This document shows, piece by piece, positions 8,581-10,891 of a stretch of DNA of 10,891 bases. Source of the DNA: Octopus sinensis (lineage: Eukaryota); NCBI RefSeq assembly GCF_006345805.1, contig NW_021827264.1, positions 1-10,891 of the forward strand, read 5' to 3'. The notes beneath the pieces were generated by a model. That model saw only the letters and a program-made list of their open reading frames with translations, was not told the DNA's origin and made no database searches. Position 1 is the stretch's first letter; each line of letters begins with the position of its first letter. The translations under genes and the position numbers were made by a program.

Positions 8581-8985
8581 AAGGCGGCGTGCTGGCAGAA
8601 ACGTTAGCCTGCCGGGCGAAGTGCTTAGCGGTATTTCGTCTGCCGCTACGTTCTGAGTTCAAATTCCGTCGAAGTCGACTTTCCCTTTCATCCTTTCGGG
8701 GTCGATAAATTAGGTACCAGTTACGCACTGGGGTCGATATAATCGACTTAATTCGTCTGTCTGTCCTTGTTTGTCTCCTCTGTGTTTATCCCCTTGTGGG
8801 TAGTAAAGAAATATGTATTTCATCTGTCTTAACGTTCTGAGTTCAAATTCCGTTGAGGTTGACTTTGTCTTTTATCCTTTCGTGGTCGATAATTTAAGTA
8901 CCAGTTGCGTACTGGGATCGATCTAATCGACTGGCCCCCCTCCTCAAAAATTTCGAGCCTTGTGCCTAGAATAGAAAAGATTATT
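8581..8985 (+). mobile_element. tRNA-derived SINE with duplicated central domain (Nin/Deu-domain-like)
   Basis: Head ggcggcgtgcTGGCAGAAACGTTAG (A-box-like) and B-box GAGTTCAAATTCC (8655-8667). A 118-bp unit is duplicated at 8631-8748 and 8815-8932. The core cctttcatcctttcggggtcgataaattaggtaccag resembles the Nin/Deu SINE domain. A-rich end. Confidence 0.85.
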
Positions 8986-9329
8986 TGGTGTCAGAATTTT
9001 CGTTACAATCTCTGTTGGTTGGTCACTGAATGAGTTCCACTGCGACTTATATATATATATGTGTGTGTGGATCAAAACACTGATTCAAATTCGTTGCTAC
9101 GCTTGAGTTTCAAGTGTGATGCTAGTCTTCAGCCATCTAGAATTCGAATGGCAGAAATTGATTGCTATTACCGTAACGTGGGCTGCGATTAGATTCAAAG
9201 TATCGACTCCCTCCTTTACCTGTTTCCTCTATCCTGGCGATGACAAGCATTGCTCTCCCAGTCAGCCTCCCGCATTTCACAGGCCTTTAATGAGGATTTT
9301 ACAGTTCTTAAATCGCAGTCTTGACTTCA

Positions 9330-9630
9330 GCCGGGGTCGCTTTCCACTAACAAGTCCCCATACAGCATTTGTTTAGAGATCTTGCAATCATTCATCCTAA
9401 CAAGGTGTCGAGTCCTAAATGTCCAAGAGCCCCAAAAAGGTCCAATGCCATGCCCTGCATATCTGGTTTTATATCAGAGTAGCCTTCTCCTAGAGACATA
9501 CTTCAACAAGAGCTAAGGAATGCCTCACTCTCAGTGGTCTCCCAGGATGCCGGACACCATCCTGGAATGTCTGTGTCCGTGCTATTGCTCGATAGTCGTT
9601 GAACCAGCTCAAGGTCCATCCGACCTTTCT
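9330..9630 (-). mobile_element. Possible 5' non-coding fragment of an RTE-like LINE
   Basis: GC-richer island; gtagccttctcctagaga...caacaagagctaagg resembles my recollection of reverse-complemented RTE 5' regions. No protein motif found. Confidence 0.25.
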
Positions 9631-9835
9631 CTTAATATTAAATATATTTGTGTGTGTGTGTGTGAGTGTGCGTGTGCATGTGCATATATAGGTATGTGTA
9701 CAGATGTATATGTACGCATGAAGGTGCTATGTAGATATATGTATGAATGCACATATATATATATATACACACACATAGATGTGTGTGTATATGTGTGTAA
9801 GTCTTGTCCATTAAAGTCCATTAACATGGCAGTTA

Positions 9836-10017
9836 ACACGCACACACATACACATAGAGGCAAACACACACACACACAAACACGCATACACAAACACACA
9901 CACACGCACACACACACACACATCGAGGCAAACACTCTCTCACTCGCACAAAACACACACGCATAGAAGCAAACACACTCGCGCACACACACACAAAAAG
10001 TCATACATATACACACA
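9836..10017. repeat. Imperfect (CA)n tract
   Basis: Seen directly. Confidence 0.92.
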
Positions 10018-10020
10018 TTG

Positions 10021-10100
10021 GTGTGTATGTGTGTTTGTGTATGAATGTGTGTGTGTGTGTGTGTGTGTGTGGTGCGTGTGTGTGCCTGTGTGTGCGTGTG

Positions 10101-10137
<37 letters not shown>

Positions 10138-10148
10138 CGTGTGTGCGT

Positions 10149-10180
<32 letters not shown>

Positions 10181-10185
10181 GGTGT

Positions 10186-10220
<35 letters not shown>

Positions 10221-10395
10221 CGTGTGTGTGCGTGTGTGTGGTGTGTGTGTGTGTGTGTGCGTGTGTGTGTGTGCGTGTGTGTGCGTGTGCGTGTGTGTGC
10301 GTGTGTGTGCGTGTGTGTGTGTGTGTGTGCGTGTGCGTGTGCGTGTGTGTGTGTGCGTGTGCGTGTGTGTGCGTGTGTGTGTGTGTGTGTGTGTG
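10021..10395. repeat. Long (TG)n/(TGCG)n microsatellite
   Basis: ~375 bp of near-continuous alternating purine-pyrimidine sequence. Confidence 0.98.
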
Positions 10396-10636
10396 ACTGT
10401 GTTGCACAATGTATTTTGGAATTGCACTTGCCTGCCAAACGACTTCATCTGAGATGCAGAGCTGAGAACGAATGTATTACATCATGGGATATTCACAATT
10501 GCTATTTCGAACACACATAGTATAACGTTACATTTCGCACACAATGGAACGTTATCCAGAAATAAGACAAAAGCGTTTATGAAAGCATACACACCTGCTT
10601 TAGATTGCTAACGTAGCTGTTCCACGAAGCATCGTG

Positions 10637-10850
10637 TGCACGCACCTAAATGTACGCACACAGACGCACACGCACGCACACACACACATACACGCACGCA
10701 CGCACGTACACGCACGTACGCACGCACACAGAAGTACGCATGTACGCACGCACATATATATATATATAGATTCGGGTGGGGTGATGTGTTGAGGATGTTG
10801 TCTGTATATGAGCCTTTGTAGAGATACATGAGTATTTGCGCTTGTGTGTG

Positions 10851-10883
<33 letters not shown>
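10637..10883. repeat. (CA)/(CACG)n tract, (TA)n and terminal (TG)n
   Basis: Seen directly. Confidence 0.9.
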
Positions 10884-10891
10884 ATGGTTGT

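Noticed and set aside
9542-9565. 8-bp hairpin CCAGGATG/CATCCTGG
   Set aside because: Short isolated hairpin with no U-tract or other context; compatible with chance.
9520-10829. HT/CV-repeat ORFs
   Set aside because: Artefacts of (CA)/(TG) dinucleotide repeats.

Overview
AT-rich, microsatellite-dense animal genomic DNA with no intact protein-coding gene; almost all listed ORFs are translations of simple repeats. The repeat types suggest a coleoid cephalopod such as Octopus (inference, not verified). Contents: three tRNA-type SINEs or SINE remnants; two inverted copies of a ~134-bp TA-flanked MITE; and a decayed R4/Dong-like non-LTR retrotransposon (YMDD reverse transcriptase plus restriction-like endonuclease, minus strand). 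The most interesting feature is a ~1.85-kb non-coding Penelope-like element embedded in (TA)n. It has ~275-bp inverted terminal arms, each carrying a minimal type I hammerhead ribozyme, and an internal ~415-bp direct duplication joined to the right arm by a 10-nt microhomology. Two further degenerate hammerhead-like cores occur elsewhere in the window.
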